Source: a virus
Lineage: Duplodnaviria > Caudoviricetes
IMG/VR virus record: IMGVR_UViG_3300033150_000500
Span: 1-55,447 of that record
Reading direction: 5' to 3' (one strand)
DNA length: 55,447 nt
Shown: one piece after another, positions 15,896-26,770 of the stretch
How the letters are laid out: each line of letters begins with the position of its first letter
Position numbering within the stretch: position 1 is the first letter of the stretch
Notes under the pieces: generated by a model
The model's database searches: none
What the model saw: the letters and a program-made list of their open reading frames with translations, nothing else
Told to the model about the DNA's origin: nothing
Position numbers and translations under genes: made by a program

Positions 15896-16888
15896 TTATG
15901 TTACAACCTTATTTACTTCGTTACTATATCCATACTCACAAGAGTGCGTGTACCACTTTATACGAAAGTCCCAATCGCCAGCAGTGGGGCTTAATTGAAA
16001 CCCATCATTAAACACGGATGCTAATTGTGGGTCACCCAAATCAGTCCATACATCAGCAGCGTGAACACTCTTCTGTGCTTGGTAAAAATCACTTTCTACA
16101 CCAATGCCATAACAAGAAATTGTACAGTCGCCACCGCCATCATCAGTAACAGAACGTATAAATGGGAGTTTATAATAATATGGTAATGATTTAACAAGAA
16201 ATAGACAATCTGTCAATCCCGTTTCGCCAAATTGACCATTTTCTATTTCAATTAATTCCCATCCATTTGTTGAGCTATATTGATAAAACCCAAGCGGGTC
16301 ACCCGTGTACACACTGCTTCCACCTTCCAATGCGGTATAGAAAAACATTATAGTCCCGGAGCTAACAGGGTCTGTGCCATCCCAATGATCCTCACCACCA
16401 ACACCATCATCAGCGTCCTGTGGTATAACTGCAACGCCGGATTCAAGAGCCGAAACAACAGATTGCTGACAACCCGAATCCATGTTTGTATCACACCCTT
16501 TTCTTAGGATGTAACTTGTGGTAAACTTAATAGTCACTTCAGCCCAACACTCAATATCTGCATCCCATTTGGGCGTCACCTCTACATCTGAGGCATTAGA
16601 AGACTCACCATTTTTCAAAGTTATGGTTATCTGGTCGTGTAAAGCCATCAACGTAAGAGCATCCACCTGAAATTCTTGTGCATAAAACCTGATAGAATAT
16701 TTCTTCGCCCACTTTTGAAATGTAGGCTCAAACTCACCATCGCCGTTCTCTATGCCCTCCTCCAATAATTCGTATTCAGGCTTAGAAACATCGGCTTTAA
16801 GAAAGACCTTATTTCCAAAGGTATTGTGATAAACAATATCACCAAAGTCAACAGAATTTGAATACTCTATTAAGATATAATTATTCAT
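15896..16888 (-). CDS. Tail/baseplate structural protein
   Basis: Acidic, beta-rich, in the tail module; FN3-like end (WDFRIK...YSNEV). Confidence 0.55.
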   Translation of the reverse strand: MNNYILIEYSNSVDFGDIVYHNTFGNKVFLKADVSKPEYELLEEGIENGDGEFEPTFQKWAKKYSIRFYAQEFQVDALTLMALHDQITITLKNGESSNASDVEVTPKWDADIECWAEVTIKFTTSYILRKGCDTNMDSGCQQSVVSALESGVAVIPQDADDGVGGEDHWDGTDPVSSGTIMFFYTALEGGSSVYTGDPLGFYQYSSTNGWELIEIENGQFGETGLTDCLFLVKSLPYYYKLPFIRSVTDDGGGDCTISCYGIGVESDFYQAQKSVHAADVWTDLGDPQLASVFNDGFQLSPTAGDWDFRIKWYTHSCEYGYSNEVNKVVT

Positions 16889-17324
16889 AACTTATTACAG
16901 TTAATACTATGCTTATTTTCCCTGCCGTTGGTTCGCACTCTATTGTCAGGTCTGAGCCAATTTCCACGTTGCCGTTTTGTGCTACGATAACAAACTTATC
17001 CTGCGGAGATAAACACCCGTATTCTCCGCCTAAATTAATGGAAATGTCACTGCCCTGATAAATATAGTTTTCTATCTTTGCCAAAATTAATAACGGCACT
17101 TTCCCGTACTCGTAAGTGATAGAGTATTCCTGTTCGTTGCGTTTTTCGGTATATTCAAATTCAGCCGAAAAATTGTCAACTTTAAGCAAATGTCCGTCTT
17201 TAGCAAAGCCTATTAATACAGGCTTATCAGCCCATACAAACAAAGCACCACTTTCCTTGTTTAGCCAAATACCGTTAAACTCATTTATAGGGTCTTGTGT
17301 TTTTATAATTATCGGGTTATACAT
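16881..17324 (-). CDS. Putative tail-associated protein
   Basis: ORF in the tail module. Confidence 0.55.
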   Translation of the reverse strand: MYNPIIIKTQDPINEFNGIWLNKESGALFVWADKPVLIGFAKDGHLLKVDNFSAEFEYTEKRNEQEYSITYEYGKVPLLILAKIENYIYQGSDISINLGGEYGCLSPQDKFVIVAQNGNVEIGSDLTIECEPTAGKISIVLTVISYE

Positions 17325-17326
17325 AT

Positions 17327-17875
17327 TTATGTTTTTTGTTCGTAAAAGCCTTCAAATATCAATCTGAACGCCACATCTACGGCTACCGGAGAAAAATAAC
17401 CGTGATATAATTTCCTATTCGCATCAACAGCTTGCGTTCCGTCAACATACGGAACATTCACCCTCTGCCATGTTGCCCCGTATTTATGATAGCAGGTCAC
17501 AGGAAAAAAGTTATCCAAATCAATGGGTGTTACAGGAAGCGTACATTCCATATTTGTGAGATTCCCGACAGCGCCGGCAGTAGCAGAAACATCCAAAGTA
17601 AAATTTACCTTGTTCCCGACAACAATATATCTCGCCACATAACTTATCCCCACAGGCGTATTCCCTGTCCATATAAAGACAGGAACCCATGAAGCCCAAT
17701 CGCTGATAGCAGCACCAGTGGATTCAACCCACGCCGCAGCACCCGTTGTATGGTCTTCCAAAAAGAATAAAGTATTATCATCCTTGTTCCACCAAAAATT
17801 ACCTTGACGGAATCCATCACCATAGTCGTCATTAACCGTAGGGTCAGAAGCGGATATGTGTGTTGGTCTGTACAT
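17327..17875 (-). CDS. Tail fibre/receptor-binding-like protein
   Basis: SDPTVNDD...G.FWWN...TGAAAW fibre motif; W.P..TG..RY..VG..V...LPV head domain; TAATG overlap start. Confidence 0.6.
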   Translation of the reverse strand: MYRPTHISASDPTVNDDYGDGFRQGNFWWNKDDNTLFFLEDHTTGAAAWVESTGAAISDWASWVPVFIWTGNTPVGISYVARYIVVGNKVNFTLDVSATAGAVGNLTNMECTLPVTPIDLDNFFPVTCYHKYGATWQRVNVPYVDGTQAVDANRKLYHGYFSPVAVDVAFRLIFEGFYEQKT

Positions 17876-18552
17876 TATATATCCCAAATAATATAAGTAA
17901 TATTGATTGTTACCCTTGTGTCACCTGCTGTTGGATTGGCAGCACCGTCAAAGGTTGCCTGAACCTTTTTATTCACAGGAATATCAACCTCAGAAGTCCA
18001 CGTTCCCTTCGCCACATCGTCAGCAGCACCTTCAATGAAAGCATTCGCCCACTCGACAAAATGATTAGCACCTGTGTCGTACTCTAAAACAAATTTCTGC
18101 GCACCACATTCTAAAGCAACCGAATCATAATCAAGGCTGCAAGAAACAGAAACCACTTCTATGTAATATCCAGCACCGGGAGCAGCAATAATCTCAAACG
18201 GTGCAACGCCAGCGTTATTCAGATTTGCAGCATTGATATTTACCGCCTCAGTTACAACTAAATTAGAACCTATTGCATCATCCAAAATGTCAAGTGCATC
18301 CATAACGTCAGTAGAGGCATCAAGATAATTGCTTCCCACAGGTGGCACATAAGCACCAGCAGCACTAAGTCCAACGGAAGCCTCTATCACATTATCCTGT
18401 GCCACCCTTTCTGCCTTTTCAAGTTCATTTAAAACTGTTACCGTAATCTTTTTCGTTACATTCTGGTCTGCCTCTTGAATCTCACACCAATCAGCACCTT
18501 CAACACTTCCAGAAGCAAGTAAGTTTAATTCGCCTATTAATTTATTAGCCAT
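17875..18552 (-). CDS. Tail fibre/whisker-like protein
   Basis: KLIGEL...TKKIT N-terminal motif, DALDILDDAI helix, IIAAPGAG jelly-roll. Confidence 0.55.
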   Translation of the reverse strand: MANKLIGELNLLASGSVEGADWCEIQEADQNVTKKITVTVLNELEKAERVAQDNVIEASVGLSAAGAYVPPVGSNYLDASTDVMDALDILDDAIGSNLVVTEAVNINAANLNNAGVAPFEIIAAPGAGYYIEVVSVSCSLDYDSVALECGAQKFVLEYDTGANHFVEWANAFIEGAADDVAKGTWTSEVDIPVNKKVQATFDGAANPTAGDTRVTINITYIIWDI

Positions 18553-18559
18553 ATCAATA

Positions 18560-19066
18560 TTATTTTGTAATTCTTAATTCACCTGTATCCCATTCACGGA
18601 AGTTGCCACGACCTTTACTCCAAATCCTGAAGTCAGTTCCGTCAAAGCCACTCTGCACTACCTGGAATAATTCTGAATACCAAAAATATGTACCATCACC
18701 GAACTTCGCATAATAAACACATTCGTCAATAACACAATTCGCGCCATCCAAAATATCATTATTCCCCAAATAGGTTATATAGTCATATTCTCCAATAGTT
18801 TCTATTATCCAATCATCAGAACTGACAAAAGCTGTCAGGTCTGTTATTGCGTCTGTATGAACGTTTACTATCCATAAATTCGTTGTCGTGGACGGGTCGG
18901 AAGCCCTTTTAATCTGAAATGGCAACAAACGACAACCATAGCTTATCAGGTACTCGAAATGTGTAATATCGTCTGCGTCATAACGCCCACACCCCTTATA
19001 TCGGCTTTGTTTTTCTATGTCGTCATAGAAACGAAAAGGAAGAATAAGACCAGAATTTATATCCAT
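18560..19066 (-). CDS. Tail structural protein
   Basis: LLPFQI...YY...DG...YSELF; follows a promoter-like element. Confidence 0.55.
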   Translation of the reverse strand: MDINSGLILPFRFYDDIEKQSRYKGCGRYDADDITHFEYLISYGCRLLPFQIKRASDPSTTTNLWIVNVHTDAITDLTAFVSSDDWIIETIGEYDYITYLGNNDILDGANCVIDECVYYAKFGDGTYFWYSELFQVVQSGFDGTDFRIWSKGRGNFREWDTGELRITK

Positions 19067-19071
19067 AAATG

Positions 19072-19079
19072 CAAAAATA
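19072..19079 (-). promoter_or_regulatory. Possible -7 element (near-leaderless)
   Basis: TATTTTTG 5 nt before ATG 19066. Confidence 0.4.
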
Positions 19080-19115
19080 TATTAATTACTACGCCAATAC
19101 AATAACAATAAATAA

Positions 19116-20999
19116 TTATTGATAAGATAAAGAAAGCGTAAGCTGTTTGTCTTTTAATGTTAAACTTGCGGTTTCAATTCTCCCCTCACCGTATTCTGTT
19201 TTTACTAATTTGTACGGGTCAAGTTCATCACAATAATTAGTAATAATTTCATCCTGTATAAAATTACCTTCCACTGAATCAAATACAGTGCTTTTATTAT
19301 TCATAAATCCAACATCGAGGGGTCTGCCATATTTCCAGTAATTCTCTTGTACGCCAGACGCAGAAAGCGGTTCATTCAAAACAACCATGCCCGTAATTTC
19401 CCCAATATCTGATATAACATAAAACCCATTATCAGTAAGTTCTACTGCAACAAGCACGAATCCATCTTTCCCAACCGAATCTTGGTGTTCTAAAACATAC
19501 GCCATATCTGTAAATATATCGAAATCGTAATCAATGATATTGTCATCGCCCCAATTAGCAAGAGAAGACGCATACACCATTGGGACACCCCAAAAATCAT
19601 CCATACCAACATTGTTCACAATAAAACTCTCAATTCTCGGAAGTGATTTATTTTTATACGAAAATTTCTTTATTATTTTATCCGACTTTGGAATTTCTAT
19701 ATCGTATGTTTGATCACCATACGTTAATCCATTATTAAAATATTTTAAATGCTCTATTTGAAATTCACCATCGGAATTAATATACCAATAACAGTTTAAT
19801 AGCTTTATCCATTTCTCAATATCATTAAAAGAATAAAGTGCTTTTGTCGCGGGGTCACTTGTATCCGTCAAGTCGAGTATCTGAAATATATGAAGAAATC
19901 GAAGCTCGTTTAATTCGCCTGTTATTGGATTTGTTAAATTGTTAAAGAATGAACTTTTAAAGCTAAAATCTGGTGATATACCATACTCATCTAACATAAA
20001 CCAAACAACATCCCTAAATTGTCTTGCCCTGTTCGTGCTACTGGTTAAATCCTCTGCGCTTGTTATGAGAAAATAATCCCTGTTTCTATATGAATCACAA
20101 GTAAATATTGCACCAAGACTATCCATCCAATAATACGAAAACGGGTTATACGCCGTAGCAGAATACGAAACATCAGTAATTCCCCTATAATTTCTTACGT
20201 ATTTATGTTCTGGATTACCGCTATCAGGGGGATAAACACCCAAGTCCGTCCACCCGCCGGGATTATTTACCTGAATAACATAATCCCTTCTATATTCATA
20301 CGTATAATTGAAAATATAACTATCATCCCATTGACTTGGGTCTTCCGGGTCAAACCCACCACTCACACCATAAAAAACAACACCCTTCTCAACCAATACG
20401 TAATTATCATCTATGAAAGCCTCTGCGATTGTAGGGCTTTTAAATCCATTATTTTCACCATGGCACCCGTCAGTTTCAATAGTTTCAGTGCCACTTGTTG
20501 TGTACGTATCGTATTTATATTCGTTTTCATAATAGTGTAAAGAGAAAAATGCAGCCTGAACATCAAGTAGATTCTTCTCCTTCTCCATATTCTCAAGCAA
20601 GATGGTATATTCATCCCACACAATCAAATCAGAAAACTTTACAGAACAATTATCAAGATTCCATTTACCGACAATAATACTAAAAAACCCACGCCATACT
20701 TCTATCCAAACACCATTTTGTTTCTCTTTTATTATTAGTATTCTGTACTTCCCACTATCAGAACCAAGTCTTATTTCATTAACCCAATCATAATCATCTG
20801 CAATAAGAGAAAAATCACCATCAAGTTTTTTTCTAAAGAAAGCCCTGCCGTCATCCTTTCCCCATTTAAAAGAAAGATTATTCCATACAGGGGTAATCAT
20901 TCTTTCAAAAACATAATCATCAGAATCATACCTAACGGTATCAGTATATGAATCCGTTCGTGGCGTGTTCGGATTCCTATGTATCTCGAATTTATACAT
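19116..20999 (-). CDS. Baseplate hub/tail-tip protein
   Basis: 627 aa directly after the tape measure; LNCYWYI..GEFQIEH and G.G.IET hub-like motifs. Confidence 0.6.
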   Translation of the reverse strand: MYKFEIHRNPNTPRTDSYTDTVRYDSDDYVFERMITPVWNNLSFKWGKDDGRAFFRKKLDGDFSLIADDYDWVNEIRLGSDSGKYRILIIKEKQNGVWIEVWRGFFSIIVGKWNLDNCSVKFSDLIVWDEYTILLENMEKEKNLLDVQAAFFSLHYYENEYKYDTYTTSGTETIETDGCHGENNGFKSPTIAEAFIDDNYVLVEKGVVFYGVSGGFDPEDPSQWDDSYIFNYTYEYRRDYVIQVNNPGGWTDLGVYPPDSGNPEHKYVRNYRGITDVSYSATAYNPFSYYWMDSLGAIFTCDSYRNRDYFLITSAEDLTSSTNRARQFRDVVWFMLDEYGISPDFSFKSSFFNNLTNPITGELNELRFLHIFQILDLTDTSDPATKALYSFNDIEKWIKLLNCYWYINSDGEFQIEHLKYFNNGLTYGDQTYDIEIPKSDKIIKKFSYKNKSLPRIESFIVNNVGMDDFWGVPMVYASSLANWGDDNIIDYDFDIFTDMAYVLEHQDSVGKDGFVLVAVELTDNGFYVISDIGEITGMVVLNEPLSASGVQENYWKYGRPLDVGFMNNKSTVFDSVEGNFIQDEIITNYCDELDPYKLVKTEYGEGRIETASLTLKDKQLTLSLSYQ

Positions 21000-23900
21000 T
21001 CGTTATTCTTGTTTTAATCCCCGTTGTCACTATTCGTTTACCGTTATGAACAGAAACAGTTTGTTTGTTTGAATCAGACTCAAGTAAATCGTAAATTTTA
21101 TCCACAATCGCCATATCAATAACTGAACTCCCACCCTTCTCAAATGACGCTGAATTTAATACGTTTTGATTTATTACAGGAAGATTATCTTCATTTATTG
21201 CCCTTACAAGTTCAGGATGTTTGGCGTACATACTTTTTTGAATTACATACTCGCCACGCTCTGCTTCAATTACAGTACCGCCTTGAGAATGTGACTTTCC
21301 ATCAATTTCACCTCCAGCCCCATAAGCAGTCATGCTACTTGCGGTATTTTTTGATGCCGAAAACAAGCCAAGAAATGCAGCAACAGCGGTAGCAGCCAAA
21401 GCAAATCCAGCCCACGGAATAGGCGCATATATTTTTATTAAACTCGCAACCGCAGACATAAGGTTTATAGCCTGTGAAGCAACCTCTAACGCACGTTGTT
21501 TCTTCAGTGCAGCCTCACGGTCTTTTAATGCAGCAAGACGCATTTGTTGCAATTCCTCATATTCCTTTTTCTTTAGTGTTACATTGTTAGCATAACCCTC
21601 CATATAAAGGTCGTTCTCTATCTCTAATTCCCTTTGAACTTCCGCTATACGAGTATTTAAATCACTAACAATTCTTTCTGTTGTGTCCACCTGTGCATCA
21701 ACAATGGTTTCGAGTGAACGAATAACTTCGGAGGCAAGGCGTTTGTAAGCGCTAATTTCCTTGTTTATATTTCTTTCCACATCATCGGCGGTTGACGGGT
21801 CTGCGAGCATCGCATTTAGTTTCGCCAATTCCTCCCTTGCAATTTGTAATTCTATCGCAGCAGCACCGGAACGCTCAAGAAATGTTATGAGTTTTTCTTG
21901 CTGCTTTATGTCAAACTCAATCTGCTTTCTCCTTATTTCTTCCTTTGTAGCACCAGCATTTTTTAATAATTGTATTTCTGTATCGTGTCTTAATTTTTCA
22001 AGCTGTACTAATTTGTCAAATTTATTCCTTAATCCTTTTAAATATTCGTCATCAAACTTTTTAATTACCTCTTGGCGTTCCCTTTGATATGTTTCTTCTA
22101 ATTCAAGCAATAATGAATTTATGATTTTCGCCTGCTTTGTTGTTAATTCACCACTTTCAAGGTCTAACTCATAATTCAACCTTGCGTATTTTGTATTTAT
22201 CCTTAAAATCTCAAGTTCTCTTTCAAGTTCTGACTGAATACGATTCTCATTTTCTTCAAGCTCAAGCTGTTTTTGTAATGTGTATAATTTCCTTCTGTTT
22301 TTAATAGATTGTTCGTGAGCCTCTCGCAATAAATCCACATATATCGCCAACTGTCCAGACCTAAGTGCTAATTCTTTCTCACCCCATTTCTTGTATGCCT
22401 CGTATGATTCAACAAGAAAATCCAACTGCACTTCATTACCAGTAGCATAAGCAGTGGTAGCCAAATCACTTATCTCATCCAGTCCACGTTTATATTCTGT
22501 CTTAAACGCATCAAACGCTTTTTGCTGATCTTGCTTTTCTAACGCATCATAAACCTCTGTTACCTTCTCTTTGTAGCTCTCAAGAAAATTAAATACATCC
22601 GCATCCCCTTTATACTCCATAAGTAGCCGTTGCTCTTCTTTCAGCTTTTCAACTTTTGTGGCAGCTTCTCCTATCTCCGCAGACATTTTCAACCATACTA
22701 CCGCGCCAATGGGTGTGAATTTTGTATATTGTAATTTTAAAAAATCATATTGGTCATTCAAATCTTTGAGTTCTTTTTCGGCATCAGCTATTGCCTCACC
22801 CATAAGATCAATTCTATATGTTATCCTATCAACATTGAACTCATCACCAGTAACCCGAAGTTTTGACTTAAATTTTTCAACCGCATCTGCGGCGGCTATC
22901 ATACCAATAGCCGCCGGATTTATTGCCATAGCTATCCCTTTTAATGTATCTGCTAAACCTTCAAATGTATCTTGCATATATCCACCACCCTCTTGTACAG
23001 AAACAACAAGTGCTTTCCACGAAGCATTAGTTCTGTCAATCTGATATGCCAAAGTTTCCAATTGTATATTAGCCATTTCATCAATAGCACCATTTGCGTC
23101 ATCTTGAGCTTTTTTATACTCACGAATAGCGTCTATGCCATTCCAAAGAACAGTAAATAATGTCTGTGCTCTTCTTGGTATTGTTTGTAAAACTGTGTCA
23201 AATGCTATACCCTCTTCTTTCACATCCTCTAATGCGTCATAAAACTCATCAAATGTTCTTATGCCCTTACCAAGCATATTAGATAAATCAGATGAAGCAT
23301 CTATTAATTGTATATACACTTGCCTCATGCCAGTACCAGCAAGAGAGCCGTGAATACCAGCATCAGCCAACTTCGCCAAAGTTGCAGTAACCTCTTCTAA
23401 CGTCCAATTCATTTGTCTGGCAAGTGGTAATATATATTTGGCACTTTCCCTGAACTTGCTAACATCAAGTGCAGACGTTGTAAATGACTTCCCTAAAACA
23501 TCTACAAGCCTCGTTGTTTCAGACGCATCAAGACCTAATGCCCTTAATGATGACGATATAAGCAGTGCAGCAGAACCAAGTTCTTCGCCAGTAGCGGTAG
23601 CTAATTTCACAATACCACTCAACGCATTACTTATCTCGTTTACCGTAAACCCGAATTTACCAAGCTGAACCTCAACAGCAGTTATTTCCGTTGGGTTAAA
23701 TATGCTTTCAAATGATAACGCCCTTGCTGCGTTTGCTAACTTTTTTAATTCATCCTTAGTGGCACCAGTAATAGCCGCAACCCTCGCCATTCCAAGTTCA
23801 AAGTCTTTTATTGCATTAACTGTATTTCGCACACCCTGAATAATAGCATACGCACCAAAAACAGTAAGCATAACAGACCTTAACCTCAAGAAAAGCTGAC

Positions 23901-24297
23901 GGCCTAATGAAACCTGTTTGTTTAATCCAGCTTGTGCTACCTTTGCCTTGTTTGCACCACTTACGGTAGCCTTATATGATTTTTCTGCTTCATAACGCAA
24001 TCTCTTTCTCTTTTCAATTAACGATGAAAGTTGACCACGCTCCTCATTCGTCATTCGATTTTTCTTATTTCTAAGTCTTTCAATCTGTGATTCGGTTTTC
24101 CTTAACTCTGCGTTATATTCTACGGTTGCTTTCTTTACACGCCTTGTACCCGTAGCAGCCTGTGTCATGTTCTTTGTAGTCCTCTGACCCATTTGGTCAA
24201 TAGACTTATTAAGCCTGTCCACAGACGCAACAAGGTCTTTAATCGCAGTCTGCATCTGCGCTATCTCAAGATTTATCTTTAAAGTCCTTTCACTCAT
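20992..24297 (-). CDS. Tail tape measure protein (TP901-type core)
   Basis: 1101 aa, helical; FELGMARVAAITGAT and GIHGSLAGTGMR core; TM segments; GGEIDGKSHSQGG..EAERGEYV C-terminus. Confidence 0.93.
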   Translation of the reverse strand: MSERTLKINLEIAQMQTAIKDLVASVDRLNKSIDQMGQRTTKNMTQAATGTRRVKKATVEYNAELRKTESQIERLRNKKNRMTNEERGQLSSLIEKRKRLRYEAEKSYKATVSGANKAKVAQAGLNKQVSLGRQLFLRLRSVMLTVFGAYAIIQGVRNTVNAIKDFELGMARVAAITGATKDELKKLANAARALSFESIFNPTEITAVEVQLGKFGFTVNEISNALSGIVKLATATGEELGSAALLISSSLRALGLDASETTRLVDVLGKSFTTSALDVSKFRESAKYILPLARQMNWTLEEVTATLAKLADAGIHGSLAGTGMRQVYIQLIDASSDLSNMLGKGIRTFDEFYDALEDVKEEGIAFDTVLQTIPRRAQTLFTVLWNGIDAIREYKKAQDDANGAIDEMANIQLETLAYQIDRTNASWKALVVSVQEGGGYMQDTFEGLADTLKGIAMAINPAAIGMIAAADAVEKFKSKLRVTGDEFNVDRITYRIDLMGEAIADAEKELKDLNDQYDFLKLQYTKFTPIGAVVWLKMSAEIGEAATKVEKLKEEQRLLMEYKGDADVFNFLESYKEKVTEVYDALEKQDQQKAFDAFKTEYKRGLDEISDLATTAYATGNEVQLDFLVESYEAYKKWGEKELALRSGQLAIYVDLLREAHEQSIKNRRKLYTLQKQLELEENENRIQSELERELEILRINTKYARLNYELDLESGELTTKQAKIINSLLLELEETYQRERQEVIKKFDDEYLKGLRNKFDKLVQLEKLRHDTEIQLLKNAGATKEEIRRKQIEFDIKQQEKLITFLERSGAAAIELQIAREELAKLNAMLADPSTADDVERNINKEISAYKRLASEVIRSLETIVDAQVDTTERIVSDLNTRIAEVQRELEIENDLYMEGYANNVTLKKKEYEELQQMRLAALKDREAALKKQRALEVASQAINLMSAVASLIKIYAPIPWAGFALAATAVAAFLGLFSASKNTASSMTAYGAGGEIDGKSHSQGGTVIEAERGEYVIQKSMYAKHPELVRAINEDNLPVINQNVLNSASFEKGGSSVIDMAIVDKIYDLLESDSNKQTVSVHNGKRIVTTGIKTRITNV

Positions 24298-24458
24298 TTT
24301 GCTTTATCTTCTTTTTGTTGCGCAGCATTTGTTATTAAAAGTTTAAAAAAATCATCTACCCGTAATGCTTTCAATTCCGTGTATGTTATCGGGCTGCTCT
24401 TTGCCACCCTCAACAATAGCCCATTCCATAAGTTGTCAATGTCTATGACGACTTTTTT
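24294..24458 (-). CDS. -1 frameshift extension of the tail assembly chaperone (gpT-like)
   Basis: Open -1 frame after the A AAA AAG site, ending in an ATGA overlap with the tape measure. Confidence 0.75.
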   Translation of the reverse strand, partial: KKVVIDIDNLWNGLLLRVAKSSPITYTELKALRVDDFFKLLITNAAQQKEDKAK

Positions 24459-24970
24459 GTAGTATTGTTCACCATTTCCTCCGCCTTTTGAGAAATATCT
24501 TGGATAGTCTCGTTGTAAGCGGGAATAAAGCCTTCTACGAAATTGAAAGCCAACTGAAAAAAATCCTCTATGGCATAACCCTCCTTTTTCCAATTGTCAA
24601 TTTTTTCTTGTGTTACGCCCTCGTCAAAAACAGTCTTATCCTCGTCCTTAGAATTAACAAACAACGCACACAACTGCAATATTGGATGATCTCGCTTATC
24701 CAAATGTTCAGCTATTCCATTGAGCAGGTTATGAATAATCACAGCAGCATCAGCCACCTTGCTTTTATTCATATTGCCATAGGCCGTCTTTAGCTTGTCG
24801 TAGATGTTCTTAAAATCCTTGCCAAACCCTACGTGTGCCTGCAATCGTTCAAACTCAATGAACCGCTCAATAGACATCGTTTCTGCCTTGAAAGAATATG
24901 TGACACCGTTAGCCACAAACTCCTTTTTCTCGAAGTCAATTCTTTTTGTTTCTAATTGTTTTGTTTCCAT
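24443..24970 (-). CDS. Tail assembly chaperone (gpG-like)
   Basis: Position before the tape measure plus the slippery site. Confidence 0.75.
   Translation of the reverse strand: METKQLETKRIDFEKKEFVANGVTYSFKAETMSIERFIEFERLQAHVGFGKDFKNIYDKLKTAYGNMNKSKVADAAVIIHNLLNGIAEHLDKRDHPILQLCALFVNSKDEDKTVFDEGVTQEKIDNWKKEGYAIEDFFQLAFNFVEGFIPAYNETIQDISQKAEEMVNNTTKKSS
24452..24458 (-). other. Programmed -1 ribosomal frameshift slippery site A AAA AAG
   Basis: In frame (ACA AAA AAG), two codons before the TAG of 24443-24970. Confidence 0.75.
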
Positions 24971-25227
24971 ACATTAATTATTTCAACTATAAAAATTGTT
25001 AAACTTATAAATAATATTATCTCAATGTTAAACCCATATTTCCATAAGTACCACCATAAAGCCATCTGCCCCGCTATGCAATATTCACACCCGCCCAAAG
25101 GCTCACTCAACCATTCTGGAAAGCGAAGAATCAGCTTACCCCACCATCCAAATATCATTCCTTCCTTCGTTAGTATCATCACAAATACCCATGCTGCTAT
25201 CGCCAATAAAATACTGTCCCAAATCAT
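24952..25227 (-). CDS. Small membrane protein with CxxC (DUF1360-like)
   Basis: EGMIFG...PLGGCEYC; three hydrophobic segments. Confidence 0.55.
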   Translation of the reverse strand: MIWDSILLAIAAWVFVMILTKEGMIFGWWGKLILRFPEWLSEPLGGCEYCIAGQMALWWYLWKYGFNIEIILFISLTIFIVEIINVWKQNN

Positions 25228-25691
25228 AAGTACCTGCTAAATGCCTTTTCAACCATTGCAAACATTTCATCCTCGACCTTTTTCCATTCATCGTCAGTAA
25301 TATCTAAAATATTTTGACTTTCCTTGTCGCTATGTACATCCACAAGATGACTTCCGTTACTTGCCATCCCACCATCAGAAGAAAGCGTATAGGTAATCTT
25401 TGTCCCTGTTGTTTCTTCGTCTGTCACCTTGTAAGATTTCCACATCTCACCACTAAAGAAAAAATCTTTTAATCCTAACTGTCTTCCAGCTGCCTGTCTT
25501 TTCCTCGCCCAACTCCTACTATAAGGCGTGGAATATTTCTTCTTAACACCCGACCCTGACGACAATGTGCGACTGACGACCGTTGCCGGTATCTTATCCA
25601 TAATCGGTCTTAATAACGGCATTAATACCTCGCCAAAATTAGAAATCTTTAGCAAGTTACTCCTCTGTGTTTGTCCGTGTTGTGTGTACAT
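25224..25691 (-). CDS. Virion morphogenesis/neck protein
   Basis: YSRSWARKR..GRQ..KDFFFSGEMW motif; position. Confidence 0.55.
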   Translation of the reverse strand: MYTQHGQTQRSNLLKISNFGEVLMPLLRPIMDKIPATVVSRTLSSGSGVKKKYSTPYSRSWARKRQAAGRQLGLKDFFFSGEMWKSYKVTDEETTGTKITYTLSSDGGMASNGSHLVDVHSDKESQNILDITDDEWKKVEDEMFAMVEKAFSRYL

Positions 25692-26770
25692 TAATTATGT
25701 GTTATCGTCCAATTTCTGTTTGTTGTCATTTCGGTTATGTAAGCCAACGTAACACCGTCTGTTATCGCTACGTTAGCACCACCACTAATATCCAAAGTAC
25801 CATTGTTGACGCCTGTATTATAAAGATGTAAAACTAAAGCAATAAAATAAGCCTCGATTATAATATCGTTGTCGCTCAAATCTATGTACTCCAAACGAAT
25901 GTTCGTATCCGAAGGAATAGTAATATTGATAACATTTTGTGACACTGCTTCAATTTTTCTCAAATATTCTCTGCCATAATCAAGCCTGAAATAAGAGTCT
26001 TGCCCGACTTCTGGTGTAAAAGAAATCTGTTGGTCTTCGCCCGAATATTCGTGAAGTGCTTTCGCTGTTATAACAGTAAGGTCATCAGCATAAATTTTTG
26101 TTTGGTACTCACGCCCACTAACGCCAGCTATGTTAAACACCTTTGCATCATCCTGGCTAAAACTAATTAAAATCGGATCAACAGGCAGTGTACTCAACCC
26201 TTCTTCATAACAGTTTCTTGCAACCCTGTAACTAATATCAAAGTTCAAAACAAAATAATCATACGGGTATTTATAAAACTGACTTTCGGGTTCGTGATAC
26301 GTATAAGGTGAAAATATCTCACCCTTGTTGCCATCCTCGCCAGTACAATTACAAGTCACCACCGTAAGACACTCAAAGCTACCAATTTTGAACGGTATTG
26401 CCTGTTTAATTTCTGCAATCAAAAACGCAGGGTCATACATATCGGGGTCTACCTTTTGGTAATTAAACCAACAGACCAACTTTAACCCAGCCTCGTAAAT
26501 ATCATAGGCGTTGTGATCTTCTACCACAACAGGCGCAGACCCAAGTTCCCAATACATAATAGACTTCTTGTCTGAATCGGGTATTAGCTTACGCATATAC
26601 TGATTATCGCCTAAGACTTTATCCTGGTTGACCTCACAAGGATACGTCCTTAGTGTGTCCTTCTTCCCCCTCGCATCACTCATCACACGCACCAAGCCAC
26701 CTGTCCTGTCAGCAAAAGATAATCCGTCTAAATATGTTGTCGTTAATTTTCTCGCTATTTTATATAACAT
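25691..26770 (-). CDS. Tail completion/terminator-like protein with C-terminal extension
   Basis: Position; LKLVCWFN and YPYDYF.L strands; ~170-aa extra domain with LEYIDLSDN. Confidence 0.5.
   Translation of the reverse strand: MLYKIARKLTTTYLDGLSFADRTGGLVRVMSDARGKKDTLRTYPCEVNQDKVLGDNQYMRKLIPDSDKKSIMYWELGSAPVVVEDHNAYDIYEAGLKLVCWFNYQKVDPDMYDPAFLIAEIKQAIPFKIGSFECLTVVTCNCTGEDGNKGEIFSPYTYHEPESQFYKYPYDYFVLNFDISYRVARNCYEEGLSTLPVDPILISFSQDDAKVFNIAGVSGREYQTKIYADDLTVITAKALHEYSGEDQQISFTPEVGQDSYFRLDYGREYLRKIEAVSQNVINITIPSDTNIRLEYIDLSDNDIIIEAYFIALVLHLYNTGVNNGTLDISGGANVAITDGVTLAYITEMTTNRNWTITHN

Noticed and set aside
12779-18552. Diversity-generating retroelement or invertible tail-fibre cassette
   Set aside because: No reverse transcriptase, recombinase or template/variable repeat pair noticed
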